Part shown: piece after piece, positions 18,665-28,485 of the stretch
How positions within the stretch are numbered: position 1 is the first letter of the stretch
Layout: each line of letters opens with the position of its first letter
Program-made: the position numbers and the translations under genes
The notes under the pieces: model-generated
The model's database searches: none
What the model was told of the DNA's origin: nothing
The model's input: the letters and a program-made list of their open reading frames with translations, nothing else
Source: Spirochaetia bacterium
GTDB lineage: Bacteria; Spirochaetota; Spirochaetia; SZUA-6; Bin103
NCBI GenBank assembly: GCA_965203515.1
Contig: OZ241907.1
Span: 1,344,001-1,408,000 of the forward strand
Length of the DNA: 64,000 nucleotides
Reading direction: 5' to 3'

Positions 18665-19864
18665 TTACCCGGCGACGACCGCTTCGGTCGCGGTGGTCAG
18701 CTTTTCGGCGCCGTCATCGGTGACGGCGTAGGTGTTCTCGATGCCTATCACGCCATACTCCTGGTCGGTATACTTCGGCTCCAGGGCGATCACGTTGCCC
18801 GCCTGCAGCGGCTGGTTCGAGCGCGGCCCGATCACCGGCAGCTCGTTGACCTCGAGCCCCACGCCGTGCCCGACGAAGCTCACCCGATAGCCGGCCGGCC
18901 CCATGAAGCCATCGCCCAGGCCGGTCGCCGCGGCTTCCTCCACCGCCGATCGGTAGAGCTCCGCAGGTCTCACGCCCGCCCGGAGCCGGCGCTCCAGGCC
19001 GCGCAGCAGCCGGCCGATGCGCTCGAGGATCGATGCCGCCCGATCCGGGAAGGCGCCGCGCACCGCCATCCGCGAGCAGTCGACGTGATAGCCGGTGGTG
19101 CTCATCAGAAAGTCCAGGATGATCGGCACGCCGCGCCGGATCGGGTCGCGCGTGCCGCCGTGGGAGACCCACGGATGCGGGCCGGCGCCGCCGATCGGGA
19201 ACATCGAGTTGCTCGGCACCGCGCCGTCCGGGCCGCTCACCGCGATGCCGATGCCGGTCTCCACGTCCAGGCCGCGCAGCCGTACCAGGCCGCAGTGACC
19301 GAGCGCCCGCGCCTCCGCTTCCAGCCGCGCCTGCAGGTCGCAGGGTGAGATCTCCTCCGCCAGCAGCCGGCGCAGCGGATCGGCGAACAGCAACGGATGG
19401 AGGCGGGCGGCGTCGCGGAATCGATCGAGCTCCCACTCGCTCTTGCGCGAGCGCACCGCCAGGAGCTGAGGCGAGCAGTCGACGATCTCCGCATCGTCGC
19501 CAAACACCCGCCGGTAGGTATGCCAGAGGCCGACCGGCAGCACGTCGAGCTCCATGCCGATCCGCCACGGGGGCTTCCCGCAGAGCTCCCGCACGTGATC
19601 GGGAAGCTCCCGGAAGCTGCGCAGCGGGACGATGTCCCGGATCGGGGAGTCGGCCTGCGCGGTCTCCCGCACCTTGCGCACCAGCAGGCGGGGCAAGCCG
19701 CGGGCCGGCAGCGCCAGATGGCACTGCTGGACGGTGCCGCTCAGGTAGAAGAGATCCGCCTTCTGCACGACCAGCAGCAGGTCGACCGGCGGGTCCGCGC
19801 CGGCCAGCTCGGCCTGCACCGCGCGCACGCGGCGATCGATCTCCGTACCGGGGACGCTCGACAT
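18665..19864 (-). CDS. M24 (Xaa-Pro) metallopeptidase family protein
   Basis: Creatinase-like N-terminus; D..GYHVDCSR, GHGVGLEVNE, ALEPK, GIENT ligands. Confidence 0.88.
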   Translation of the reverse strand: MSSVPGTEIDRRVRAVQAELAGADPPVDLLLVVQKADLFYLSGTVQQCHLALPARGLPRLLVRKVRETAQADSPIRDIVPLRSFRELPDHVRELCGKPPWRIGMELDVLPVGLWHTYRRVFGDDAEIVDCSPQLLAVRSRKSEWELDRFRDAARLHPLLFADPLRRLLAEEISPCDLQARLEAEARALGHCGLVRLRGLDVETGIGIAVSGPDGAVPSNSMFPIGGAGPHPWVSHGGTRDPIRRGVPIILDFLMSTTGYHVDCSRMAVRGAFPDRAASILERIGRLLRGLERRLRAGVRPAELYRSAVEEAAATGLGDGFMGPAGYRVSFVGHGVGLEVNELPVIGPRSNQPLQAGNVIALEPKYTDQEYGVIGIENTYAVTDDGAEKLTTATEAVVAG

Positions 19865-19876
19865 CGGTTGAACCGC

Positions 19877-20704
19877 CTACGCTCGATCGATCTCGCGCAT
19901 CGCGGCGCGGAACCGGGCCATCGTCCGCCGCGCGCCGCCGACCACGTGGTCGACGTCGTCGCCCACGCCGAACCAGCGCATGCCGCGGGAGGCCCACTCC
20001 TTCACCGCATCCCAGTCCGGGCCGAGTGAGGCGCCCAGGTAGAGGTCGCGTCCGGCGCACTTGTCGAGCAGGGTGTCGATCATGCCGCGCACCTGCGGAT
20101 CATCGTAGCGGCCCAGCTTGCCGACCGAGCCGCTCAGATCGTTGCGGCCCAGGCAGATGCCGTCCAGTCCCGGCGTCTCCAGCAGCGCGTCCAGATCGTC
20201 GACCGCATCGACGTGCTCGACCTGGACGATCACCATCACCTGCCGCGCGGCCTGCTCCAGATACTCGTCGAACCCCAGTCGGCCGTGGCCCATGTTGCGG
20301 ATCGGACCGAAGCCGCGCACGCCGGCCGGCGGATAGCGGCAGGCCGCCACGGCGGCCGCGGCCTCCTGGGCGGAACGGATCAGCGGCACCACGATCGCCG
20401 CAGGCGCCATGTCGACGTACGGCTTGATCACGGCGGGATCGTTGACCGGCACGCGCACCAACGGCGCGACGCCGGTGCCGCGCACCGTCAGGACGTGCGC
20501 CATCACGTCCCTGGTGGTCTGGTACGCGTGCTCGTTCTCCACCCAGACGAAGTCGTAGCCGGCCTCGACGGCGATCTCGCTGACGATCGGATCCGGCAGG
20601 GTGACGCTCATGCCAAGGCAGACGTGACCGTCATCCATGCGCCGGCGGAATCGCTCGACCGCGTTGATCGAGGTGGGGTCCGGTTCGTTCGGAGAAGCGT
20701 CCAT
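19877..20704 (-). CDS. HpcH/HpaI aldolase family protein
   Basis: GYDFVWVENEH, PLVRVP, RYPP.GVRG, VQVE, G.NDLS. Confidence 0.9.
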   Translation of the reverse strand: MDASPNEPDPTSINAVERFRRRMDDGHVCLGMSVTLPDPIVSEIAVEAGYDFVWVENEHAYQTTRDVMAHVLTVRGTGVAPLVRVPVNDPAVIKPYVDMAPAAIVVPLIRSAQEAAAAVAACRYPPAGVRGFGPIRNMGHGRLGFDEYLEQAARQVMVIVQVEHVDAVDDLDALLETPGLDGICLGRNDLSGSVGKLGRYDDPQVRGMIDTLLDKCAGRDLYLGASLGPDWDAVKEWASRGMRWFGVGDDVDHVVGGARRTMARFRAAMREIDRA

Positions 20705-20794
20705 GGACTTGACCTGCCTGCGCGGAGTCTATCGACAGACTCTAGCGGCGGCCACCGGCACGCGGACAGAGGGCCGCCCACGCCCCATACGACA

Positions 20795-20821
20795 GAGGCC
20801 GCACCCGACGGGTGCGGCCTC
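20795..20821 (-). terminator. Stem-loop downstream of the SBP gene (terminator or mRNA stabiliser)
   Basis: GAGGCCGCACCC-GAC-GGGTGCGGCCTC, 12-bp perfect stem; weak U-tract. Confidence 0.5.
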
Positions 20822-20853
20822 CGCAAGCGGCGCGCAGCGCGAACGGCTGCGGG

Positions 20854-22740
20854 CTACTCCTTGAGGAAGACGGCCGGCTTCACCGTCCGGTTGAGCGGGC
20901 CGTTGAAGTTGCCCAGCTTGGGGTGCAGCAGGAAGATGCGCGGCGCGAACGCCGTCCAGCCGACCGACCAGACGTCGGCGATCGCGCGGCGCTGCCATTC
21001 CTTGTACGCCTCGGCCATCTCTTCGTCGGTGGCGGCGCGCTGGATCCGCTTCCACACCTCGTGGTTGTCCTTGATGCGCTGCGGCGGCTCCTCGCCCTCG
21101 GCGCCGTCGGTCCGCAGCCATGCCTGCCAGCCCTTCGCCCACGGGCGGCCGAAGTTCGAGGACGGAGCGGCGCTGGAGAGCCGGTCCGGCACCTGATTGT
21201 CCCAGGCGTCGGCGCTCTGCTGCTGCCAGATCTCCCACTCGTTGGTCTGCGCGAAGTCGCCCGACTGCTCCCAGCCGACCACGCGATGGTTGCCCTTGAA
21301 GCCGATCGCCGGCAGCTCCTCGACCAGCATCTGCGCCGCGATCTCCCACTCGCCGGCATGCGGCTCGGACGTGATCAGAAAGGTGATAGGTCTGCCGTCC
21401 GGCCCCAGCCGGAACCCGTCCGCATCCTTGTTGGTCAGCCCGATCTGGTCCAGGAGCCGGTTGGCCATGTCCAGGTCGCGCCTCAGCAGCGGCGTGGAGA
21501 GCGCTTCCGGCACGAACCACGGGTGGTCCTGCTTGACGATGCCCTGCACCTTGAGGGTCGCCTGCCCGGCGTACAGCACGTCGTTGAGCTCCTGCCGCGG
21601 GATGAAGTGCGACCATGCCTGACGGAAGCGGATGTCCCGGAACAGACCGCGCTTGAACTCGTCGTCGGTGTCCAGGTTGAAGAACGTCAGGTTCGAGCTG
21701 TAGGCGGCGCCCGGACGGGGCAGCACCTCCATCCGCACCCGGCCTTCGTCAGCGGCGCGCTTGGCCAGCTGCAGGCTGTCCAGCGGCACCGTGGTCGACC
21801 AGTGCAATCCCTGCAGCGCGCGCAGCTTGCGAGCTTCGGGGTCCCCGATCAGGAACGTCCGAAATCCGCGGTTGTACGGCAGTTGCTGGTTCGCCTCGTC
21901 GACCGCCCACCAGTAGGGGTTGGACACGTACTCGGCCGGATCCGCCGGCGGCGGCTTGGCGACCACGAACGGCGAGAGCTGCGGTGCGTCCGGATTGGTA
22001 TTGATCACCCGGTCGCGCGCCCAGAACAGGAGCTGATGCCAGTTTTCGAACGGCGACTCCTCAACGCGAGCCGCCAGCGTGCCGGCATCGGTGTACGTGG
22101 GGTGGAACTGGCTGAGATACGCCTTGCTCTGCGCCATGAAGTGGCGCTCGGCACGGTCCCCGGTCAGGATCAGGTCGTAGTTCGGCGATGGCTCCTGCAA
22201 CGTGACGCGCATGGTGTAGTCATCGATCGCCTCGGCGACCGATCCCGGCAGGATGCCCTGATGCGGGGCCGCCGCGCCCGACGCCTCCCGGTAGAGGTCG
22301 TTGAGCTCCAGGTCGTACCACCAGAACAGCACGTCGTGCACGGTGAACGGCGAGCCGTCGGAGAACTTCATCCCCTCACGGAAGTAGAACGTCCAGACCG
22401 TGTGATCGTCGTTCGATTCCACGTCCAGCAGCCCATACGGCTCCTTGCTCCCCGGGAAGACCGGCATGGTGTAGTCGGTCGGTCCCTGGATGTTGGGCAC
22501 GTCCGGCGCGTCGCCGGTGGAAAACTCGTCGGTGTAGCGGCCGACCTCGACCATCCCCGTGACGCCGCCGTTCAGGTAGACGTACGGCTGGATCGGCAGC
22601 CGTTCGGCGACCGGCGGCAGCTCGCCGCGGGCGACCGCCTCGGCGAACCACGGCGCCTCCCGGTATTGCTGTCCGATGGCGGTGCCGCCGCCGATGGCGA
22701 TCAGCGACGCGGCCGCGAGTAGTGCTGTGAATCTTCGCAC
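20854..22740 (-). CDS. ABC transporter substrate-binding protein, family 5
   Basis: Signal peptide, GELPPVAERLP, TF.FREGMKFSDGSPFTVHDV.F, NPYWW.VD; GAAGGAGG RBS before GTG. Confidence 0.9.
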   Translation of the reverse strand: MRRFTALLAAASLIAIGGGTAIGQQYREAPWFAEAVARGELPPVAERLPIQPYVYLNGGVTGMVEVGRYTDEFSTGDAPDVPNIQGPTDYTMPVFPGSKEPYGLLDVESNDDHTVWTFYFREGMKFSDGSPFTVHDVLFWWYDLELNDLYREASGAAAPHQGILPGSVAEAIDDYTMRVTLQEPSPNYDLILTGDRAERHFMAQSKAYLSQFHPTYTDAGTLAARVEESPFENWHQLLFWARDRVINTNPDAPQLSPFVVAKPPPADPAEYVSNPYWWAVDEANQQLPYNRGFRTFLIGDPEARKLRALQGLHWSTTVPLDSLQLAKRAADEGRVRMEVLPRPGAAYSSNLTFFNLDTDDEFKRGLFRDIRFRQAWSHFIPRQELNDVLYAGQATLKVQGIVKQDHPWFVPEALSTPLLRRDLDMANRLLDQIGLTNKDADGFRLGPDGRPITFLITSEPHAGEWEIAAQMLVEELPAIGFKGNHRVVGWEQSGDFAQTNEWEIWQQQSADAWDNQVPDRLSSAAPSSNFGRPWAKGWQAWLRTDGAEGEEPPQRIKDNHEVWKRIQRAATDEEMAEAYKEWQRRAIADVWSVGWTAFAPRIFLLHPKLGNFNGPLNRTVKPAVFLKE

Positions 22741-22827
22741 GATTCCGCTCCTCCTTCTCAGGTCAGGTGTGAGTGCCTTTGATTCAATCAGGATCGGCGC
22801 CCGGCGGCAACCCCGCTCCCCGCCGGA

Positions 22828-23823
22828 CTACTCGGCGACCCGTATGCGCGGGTCGAGCACTCCCAACAACAGGTCGGAGATCAGCGTGCCGATCACCGTC
22901 AGCGTCGACAGCAGCATGACGATGGCGCCGGCGACCTGCGTGTCCTGGTTCAGCACGCCCTCCAGCATCAGCGGACCGATCGTGGGGAGGCCCAGGACCA
23001 CGGCCACCAGCACCTCGCCGCTGACCAGGGTGGGCAGCAGCCAGCCGATGCCGGAAACCCACGGGTTGGCCGCCATGCGGATCGGGTACTTGATCAGCAG
23101 CCTGGTCTCCGGCACCCCCTTGGCGCGCGCGGTGGTCACGAACGGCTGGCGAAGCTGGTCCAGCACGTTGGCGCGGATCGAGCGGAGCCCGCCGCCGATC
23201 GACTCGAACCCCAGGATCACCAGCGGCATCCAGATGTGCTTGAGAAAGTCCAGGAACTTCGCCCAACCCCACGGCTCGTCGATCATGTCGGGCGAGAACA
23301 GGCCCCCCGGCACGAAGTCGATCAGCTCGTAGGACAGCACCATCAGTACCAGGGCGAACAGGAAGTTGGGCACCGCCATCATCACGAAGGCGGTGAAGCT
23401 GAACACGTTGTCGAACAACGCATACTGCCGGATCGCCGCGCCCACCCCCGCAGGCCAGCTCACCGCCGTGCCGATCAGCACGACCATCAACGTCACCATG
23501 ACCGTCAGCAGGATCCGCCCCTGGACCACGGTGCGCACCGGCAGGTCCCAGTAGAACGAGTGGCCCCAGCTTCCGCGCAGGAAGTCGCGCGCCCACTTCA
23601 GGTACCGGACGTGAAACGGCTGCCCGTAGCCGAAGCGCCGCCGCAACGCCTCCAGCATCTCGGTGGCATCCCCGCGAAACTCCTCACCCATGCGCTCCAG
23701 CCGGGACACGTAGGCGCTGGCCATGTCTCCCTCCGGCAACTCCACCACCAGAAAGGCCAGAAACGAGATCATGATCAGGGTCGGTATCGCGATCGCGACC
23801 CGGCGGATGACGTAGCCCAACAT
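22828..23823 (-). CDS. ABC transporter permease (DppB-like)
   Basis: YVIRR..IPTL, TARAKG, DLL.GVLDPRIR. Confidence 0.92.
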   Translation of the reverse strand: MLGYVIRRVAIAIPTLIMISFLAFLVVELPEGDMASAYVSRLERMGEEFRGDATEMLEALRRRFGYGQPFHVRYLKWARDFLRGSWGHSFYWDLPVRTVVQGRILLTVMVTLMVVLIGTAVSWPAGVGAAIRQYALFDNVFSFTAFVMMAVPNFLFALVLMVLSYELIDFVPGGLFSPDMIDEPWGWAKFLDFLKHIWMPLVILGFESIGGGLRSIRANVLDQLRQPFVTTARAKGVPETRLLIKYPIRMAANPWVSGIGWLLPTLVSGEVLVAVVLGLPTIGPLMLEGVLNQDTQVAGAIVMLLSTLTVIGTLISDLLLGVLDPRIRVAE

Positions 23824-23845
23824 CGCCTTTCCCTGCCCTCTGTCC

Positions 23846-25057
23846 CTACCGGTACGGATCGACGGCGTCGCGCAGGCCGTCGCCGATGAACTGAAACGCC
23901 ACGACGGTGACGATTACCAGCAACGCCGGCAGCAGCAGCCACGGGTGCAGGACGACCGATTCGGTGTTCTGCGCGCCCTGCAGCAGCACGCCCCAACTGA
24001 CCGCCGGCGGCCGCAGCCCCACCCCCAGGAAGCTGAGCGCCGTCTCTCCCAGGATCATCTGCGGAATGCGGTTGGAGGCGTCGACGACCAGATGGCTGGC
24101 GAAGCCGGGCAGCATGTGCCGGAAGAGCTGGCGGTGGACCGGCGCGCCGTCCAGCTTGGCCGCCAGCACGTACTCCTCCTCGCGCAGCGCCAGGAACTTG
24201 CTGCGCACGGCGCGCGCCAGGCCGGTCCAGCCCAGGATCGACAACACCATGGTGATCGCGAAGTAGACCTGCACGATTTCCCAATCCAGCGGCAGCGCGC
24301 CGGCCAGCGCGATCCAGAGCGGCAGTGACGGAACCGACATCAGCACCTCGATGAAGCGGTTGACGACGTTGTCGACGACACCGCCGAAGTAGCCGGCGAT
24401 GGAGCCGATCAGGATGCCGAGCGTCCAGGTGATGGCGATCGCCAGGATGCCGATCGACAGCGAGAGGATCGAGCCGTGCACCATCCGCGAGTAGATGCAG
24501 CGGCCGCTCTGGTCGGTGCCGAGCGGAAACCAGCGGACGTCCGGGTCGCCGGTGCCGAGCAGGTGCAGGTCGGCGTCGATGAAGAACAGCAGCTTGTACG
24601 GATAGCCGCGCACGAACAGCCGCAACGGGCGCTCCGACCCTTCGACGCGCACGTAGACCCGCTGGAAGAGCTCGAAGTCGAGCTTGCTGGTCACCCGATA
24701 GACTACCGGACGAAAGTTGCGCTGCTCGTCGAACAGGCTGAAGGAGACGTCCTGGCCGCTGAACACCCACGGCTGCAGCTGGATGTCGGTGTTGCGCTCG
24801 ATCGGATCGTTGATCGCGAAGAAGCCGTTGAATACGGCGACGCAATAGAATACGACCACCACGCCCAGGCCCCACATCGCCCACCGGTGCGCGCGGAACT
24901 TGAGCCAGATGAGCTGCCACTGCGTCGCGGTGAAGTACGCTTCCCGCTGCTCGGCCTCGGTCAGCCGTCGGCGGCGAAAGATGCCGCCCGGCCGCTGGCG
25001 GGCCGACGGGCCGGCGACGACGCTGGCCGGGGCGTCGCGCACGGTTGGTTCGGCCAT
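23846..25057 (-). CDS. ABC transporter permease (DppC-like)
   Basis: LGTDQSGR, EEYVLAAKLDGA, ETALSFLG, GDGLRDAVDPY. Confidence 0.92.
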   Translation of the reverse strand: MAEPTVRDAPASVVAGPSARQRPGGIFRRRRLTEAEQREAYFTATQWQLIWLKFRAHRWAMWGLGVVVVFYCVAVFNGFFAINDPIERNTDIQLQPWVFSGQDVSFSLFDEQRNFRPVVYRVTSKLDFELFQRVYVRVEGSERPLRLFVRGYPYKLLFFIDADLHLLGTGDPDVRWFPLGTDQSGRCIYSRMVHGSILSLSIGILAIAITWTLGILIGSIAGYFGGVVDNVVNRFIEVLMSVPSLPLWIALAGALPLDWEIVQVYFAITMVLSILGWTGLARAVRSKFLALREEEYVLAAKLDGAPVHRQLFRHMLPGFASHLVVDASNRIPQMILGETALSFLGVGLRPPAVSWGVLLQGAQNTESVVLHPWLLLPALLVIVTVVAFQFIGDGLRDAVDPYR

Positions 25058-25117
25058 CGGCGAACCCGATTAGACCATCGCGCGGCGCCGCCGGTCAAAT
25101 CCGAACGGCCGGAGCGC

Positions 25118-25960
25118 CTATCCGCGCGCGGGCTCGGTCATCTCCGCGCGCTTGCGGCGCGACAGCTCGGCCAGGTGCCCGTCGTTGGCCAGCACCTGCT
25201 CCAGGTGGACCATGCGCTCCGGGCCGGCGGTTCGCACCATCGCTTCGCCGTACGCCCGTTCCAGCCAGAAGCGGGCGGAATGGCCGATGTACTCGCGCAA
25301 CTCGTCCAGCCGCTCGTCCGGGTAGCGCGTATGGCAGTTGATCGTGAACATGCGGCGGCGCGCGCCGCCGCCGAAGGCGGCGTGCTTCATGTTGTGGTTG
25401 AAGCAGACGACGTCGCCGGGCTGCGACTCCAGCGCGTACGCCGGCACGTCGCGCCCCTCGATCCCCCACCGCGGCGCGCTCTCCCGGATCTGCTCCTGCA
25501 GCAGGTCGGCGTAGGCTTCGCCGGGCCGATGACTGCCCGGTATGACCCGCAGCGCGCCGGTGTCGCGCGTCACCGGGTCCAGGTACAAGGCGATCTTGAT
25601 CGACGGCGGTCGGTTCGCGTACCAGCCGTCCGAGTGCCAGCGCGTGTCGCCGGCGTAGTAGTTTCCGTCGCTGCCGGCGTATACGAAGTCTTCGCCCAGC
25701 AGACCGGCGGCGATGTCGTGGATGCGCGGATCGTCGAGCAGGGCCGACAGCCGCTCGCTCCGGTCTATGAAGGGAACGAGGCAGGAACGCTGCCGGCCGT
25801 CATGCGGCCGGCCGTGATGGCCCCCGCCGTGCCGCTCCCAGACCGCCTCGAAGTGATCGATGATCTCATCGATGCAGTCCGCCAGCAGGCCGGGAAACCG
25901 CAGAAACCCGAATGCGTCGAAGAACGCCTTCTGTCGATCGCTCAGTCGCGTCTGCGCCAT
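25118..25960 (-). CDS. Phytanoyl-CoA dioxygenase family protein
   Basis: WHSD, LRVIPGSH, PGDVVCF...KHAAFGG; GAAGGAGG RBS. Confidence 0.85.
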   Translation of the reverse strand: MAQTRLSDRQKAFFDAFGFLRFPGLLADCIDEIIDHFEAVWERHGGGHHGRPHDGRQRSCLVPFIDRSERLSALLDDPRIHDIAAGLLGEDFVYAGSDGNYYAGDTRWHSDGWYANRPPSIKIALYLDPVTRDTGALRVIPGSHRPGEAYADLLQEQIRESAPRWGIEGRDVPAYALESQPGDVVCFNHNMKHAAFGGGARRRMFTINCHTRYPDERLDELREYIGHSARFWLERAYGEAMVRTAGPERMVHLEQVLANDGHLAELSRRKRAEMTEPARG

Positions 25961-25971
25961 GACCGCCTCCT

Positions 25972-26478
25972 TCACGCGTTGCCGGCAAGGGCCGCGATCA
26001 CGCGGCGGCGCAGCAGGTACTGAAGCTCCGCCGCGCCGGGGTGCGGCGTGCCCGGCGCCTCCAGGCAGGCCAGCGATGCCTTCGACAGATCGATCGGCGC
26101 GGCGTGCAGACCGCCGATCAGCGCCCCCACCAGCGCCCCGAGCGTGGGCTGGTGGCCCACCAGCATCACCGACGGCGTGTCGGCGGGGATCGCGTCGAGC
26201 ACGTCGCCCGCGTATGCGCCGGGGGCAAGGCGGTCGAGCACCCGGATCGGCGGGCGGCGCCGCTTGCCGGCCATCGCCTCGACGGCGAGCGCGGCGGTCT
26301 CCCGCGCGCGCGGCAACGGGCTGGTAAGGACGACCGCCGGGACGCCGCCGAGCACGCGCAGCGCGGCGCCGACGCGCGCCGCCTGGCGCCGGCCCTTCAC
26401 GGTGAGCCGCCGCCCGGCGTCCGCCTCTCCCACCGCCGCCGGCTCGGCATCGCCGTGGCGTACGACGTAGATGCGCAT
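25972..26478 (-). CDS. sixA: Phosphohistidine phosphatase SixA
   Basis: RHGDAE, R.LT..G, TSPL.RARETA, LVGHQP. Confidence 0.88.
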   Translation of the reverse strand: MRIYVVRHGDAEPAAVGEADAGRRLTVKGRRQAARVGAALRVLGGVPAVVLTSPLPRARETAALAVEAMAGKRRRPPIRVLDRLAPGAYAGDVLDAIPADTPSVMLVGHQPTLGALVGALIGGLHAAPIDLSKASLACLEAPGTPHPGAAELQYLLRRRVIAALAGNA

Positions 26479-26494
26479 CGGTCCCCGCCTCATC

Positions 26495-27445
26495 CTACCC
26501 TCGGAGCGCGGCCAGGAAGTCCGCCTCGTTCGCGCAGGCCAGCGCCGCCTCCAGCAACGATGCCTCCGACGCTGCGGAGAACGCCACCGCGTCGGCGGGA
26601 AAGCCTTCGCCGACCTCGATACCCCGTGACCGGAGTATCTGGCGGACCATCTCGGCTCGGCCGTGCTGCAAGCCGCGTTCGAAACCCTGACGCCGTTGCG
26701 ACCGGAACAGCGGATCGTCGTCCGGTCCGGTGCCGTCGCGCACGCCGAGCGCCGTTCCCACCCGCTCCAAGACCGCGCTGGTCCGCGCCGACGGCGCCGG
26801 CTCGTTCAGCGCCGCGTGGATCTCGGCCGCGGTCCAGCCCGGAAACGCCCGGCTCTCCGACGACACCCGGTAGCGGCCGCTGGCCAGCAGATGGATCGCC
26901 AATCCCGACCGCCGACTCCGGGGCCGACTGGGTGACGGCGCGTCCACCCATACCTCCGGGAATCCCCACGATTCGTACAGCGGCAGCTTGCCGAGGCGCG
27001 CATCGGTCGTGTGGTCGACTTCCAGCACCACGTCGGGAAAGTCGTGCTCGCCGACGACCATGGCGGCGGCCCCCGGCAACGCGACGCGCGCCGGATAGAG
27101 GTAGACCGACTCGTCCGCCTGCATGATGCGCCGCGGCTCACCCCGCTCGTCGCGCAGCATCAGGTCCATCGAGCCGTAGCATTCGATCGGCGAGCCGCGC
27201 ACCCCGGCGATCCGTTCCGCCAACCGCGTCAGCAGGCGCGACGGGCGCTCGTGATACGGCGTGGTCGGCTTGCAGATCCAGGCGGTCTCCGTAGCCGCGT
27301 CCCAGCACTCCAGCCGGCCTTCGAAGCGGTCGATCTCCGCGCGCGGCAGGCGGACCGGCTTGCAGCCGGGAAACTCCGGCGACGCGGTGCTGACGCGGTC
27401 CGGCACCCAGCCGACGCCGGCCGGCCGGGTTGCGGTGACGGCCAT
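26495..27445 (-). CDS. Uma2-family (PD-(D/E)XK) endonuclease-like protein
   Basis: HE.P, QADES.Y, PDVVLEVDHTTD, KL.LYE.WGFPEVW, SRAFPGW. Confidence 0.8.
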   Translation of the reverse strand: MAVTATRPAGVGWVPDRVSTASPEFPGCKPVRLPRAEIDRFEGRLECWDAATETAWICKPTTPYHERPSRLLTRLAERIAGVRGSPIECYGSMDLMLRDERGEPRRIMQADESVYLYPARVALPGAAAMVVGEHDFPDVVLEVDHTTDARLGKLPLYESWGFPEVWVDAPSPSRPRSRRSGLAIHLLASGRYRVSSESRAFPGWTAAEIHAALNEPAPSARTSAVLERVGTALGVRDGTGPDDDPLFRSQRRQGFERGLQHGRAEMVRQILRSRGIEVGEGFPADAVAFSAASEASLLEAALACANEADFLAALRG

Positions 27446-27648
27446 GCCGACAGGATAGATCGCCGGAGCCCGCGCGCACAAGCCGCCGGTCGGATCGCCG
27501 ATCTACGCCGTCCACCCTGAGCGGCGCACCGAGCCCGCACCCGGCGCCTCGCTCCGCGGATACAGTCATACTATGATCCCGGGCGTGATGGTTGCAGAGA
27601 CTTCCCTCTGCTGCCGCCGGCCCGTATCACCGCCCCCAAGGAGCCGCC

Positions 27649-28485
27649 ATGATCGTCGACGTCCATACGCACTGCTTGCAGCCCGATCACATCAGCGATG
27701 CCGCTCACCGGGCCGACCAGCGCGCCGGCTATCCGCCGATGCAGCCGCTGACCGCCGATCGCTACGACCGGGAGTTGTCGGTGGTCGACCGTGCCATCGT
27801 CTTCGGCGTGCGGGGCGTCGCCACCGGCGTGCGCAGCCCCAACGAGTTCACCGCAGAGTGGGTCGAACACGACCCCGACAAGCTCATCGGCTTCATGGCG
27901 ATCGATCCGATGGAAGACGATCACATGGAACAGATCGAACGCGGCATCGAGCTGGGGCTGCGGGGCATCAAGATATACCCCATGCTGGGCCGATATGATC
28001 CGGCGGATCCGACGAACTTCCCCATGTTCGAGAAGGCGCAGCGGCTCGGCCTGCCGGTGCTCTCCCACACCGGCACCCATCCCAATCCGCGCGCCATGCT
28101 GAAGTACAGCCACCCGCTGCTGGTCGACGAGATAGCGCAGGCGTTCCCGGACCTGAAGTACGTCATGGCGCACATGTCGCACCCCTGGCAGCGAGACTGC
28201 GCCGTCGTGCTGCGCAAGCACCCCAACGTCTACGCCGACATTTCCGGCGTATGGGTCCGGCCCTGGCAGGGCTGGGAGGCGCTGATCGGCATGGTCGAGT
28301 GGGGGGTCACCGACAAGCTGCTGTTCGGCTCCGACTTCCCGCTCTGGACCCCGCGGGAGGCGCTGGAAAAGATCCGGCGGTTCAACGATCAACTCGAGGG
28401 CACGCGACTCCCCCGCATTCCGGATGAAGTCATCGAAGGGATCATCCACCGTGACTCGCTCAGGCTGCTCGGCCTGGAGCCATGA
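27649..28485 (+). CDS. Amidohydrolase family 2 protein
   Basis: IVDVHTH, GIKIYP, SHTG, MAHM.HPW, YADIS, LFGSDFP; AAGGAG RBS. Confidence 0.9.
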   Translation: MIVDVHTHCLQPDHISDAAHRADQRAGYPPMQPLTADRYDRELSVVDRAIVFGVRGVATGVRSPNEFTAEWVEHDPDKLIGFMAIDPMEDDHMEQIERGIELGLRGIKIYPMLGRYDPADPTNFPMFEKAQRLGLPVLSHTGTHPNPRAMLKYSHPLLVDEIAQAFPDLKYVMAHMSHPWQRDCAVVLRKHPNVYADISGVWVRPWQGWEALIGMVEWGVTDKLLFGSDFPLWTPREALEKIRRFNDQLEGTRLPRIPDEVIEGIIHRDSLRLLGLEP

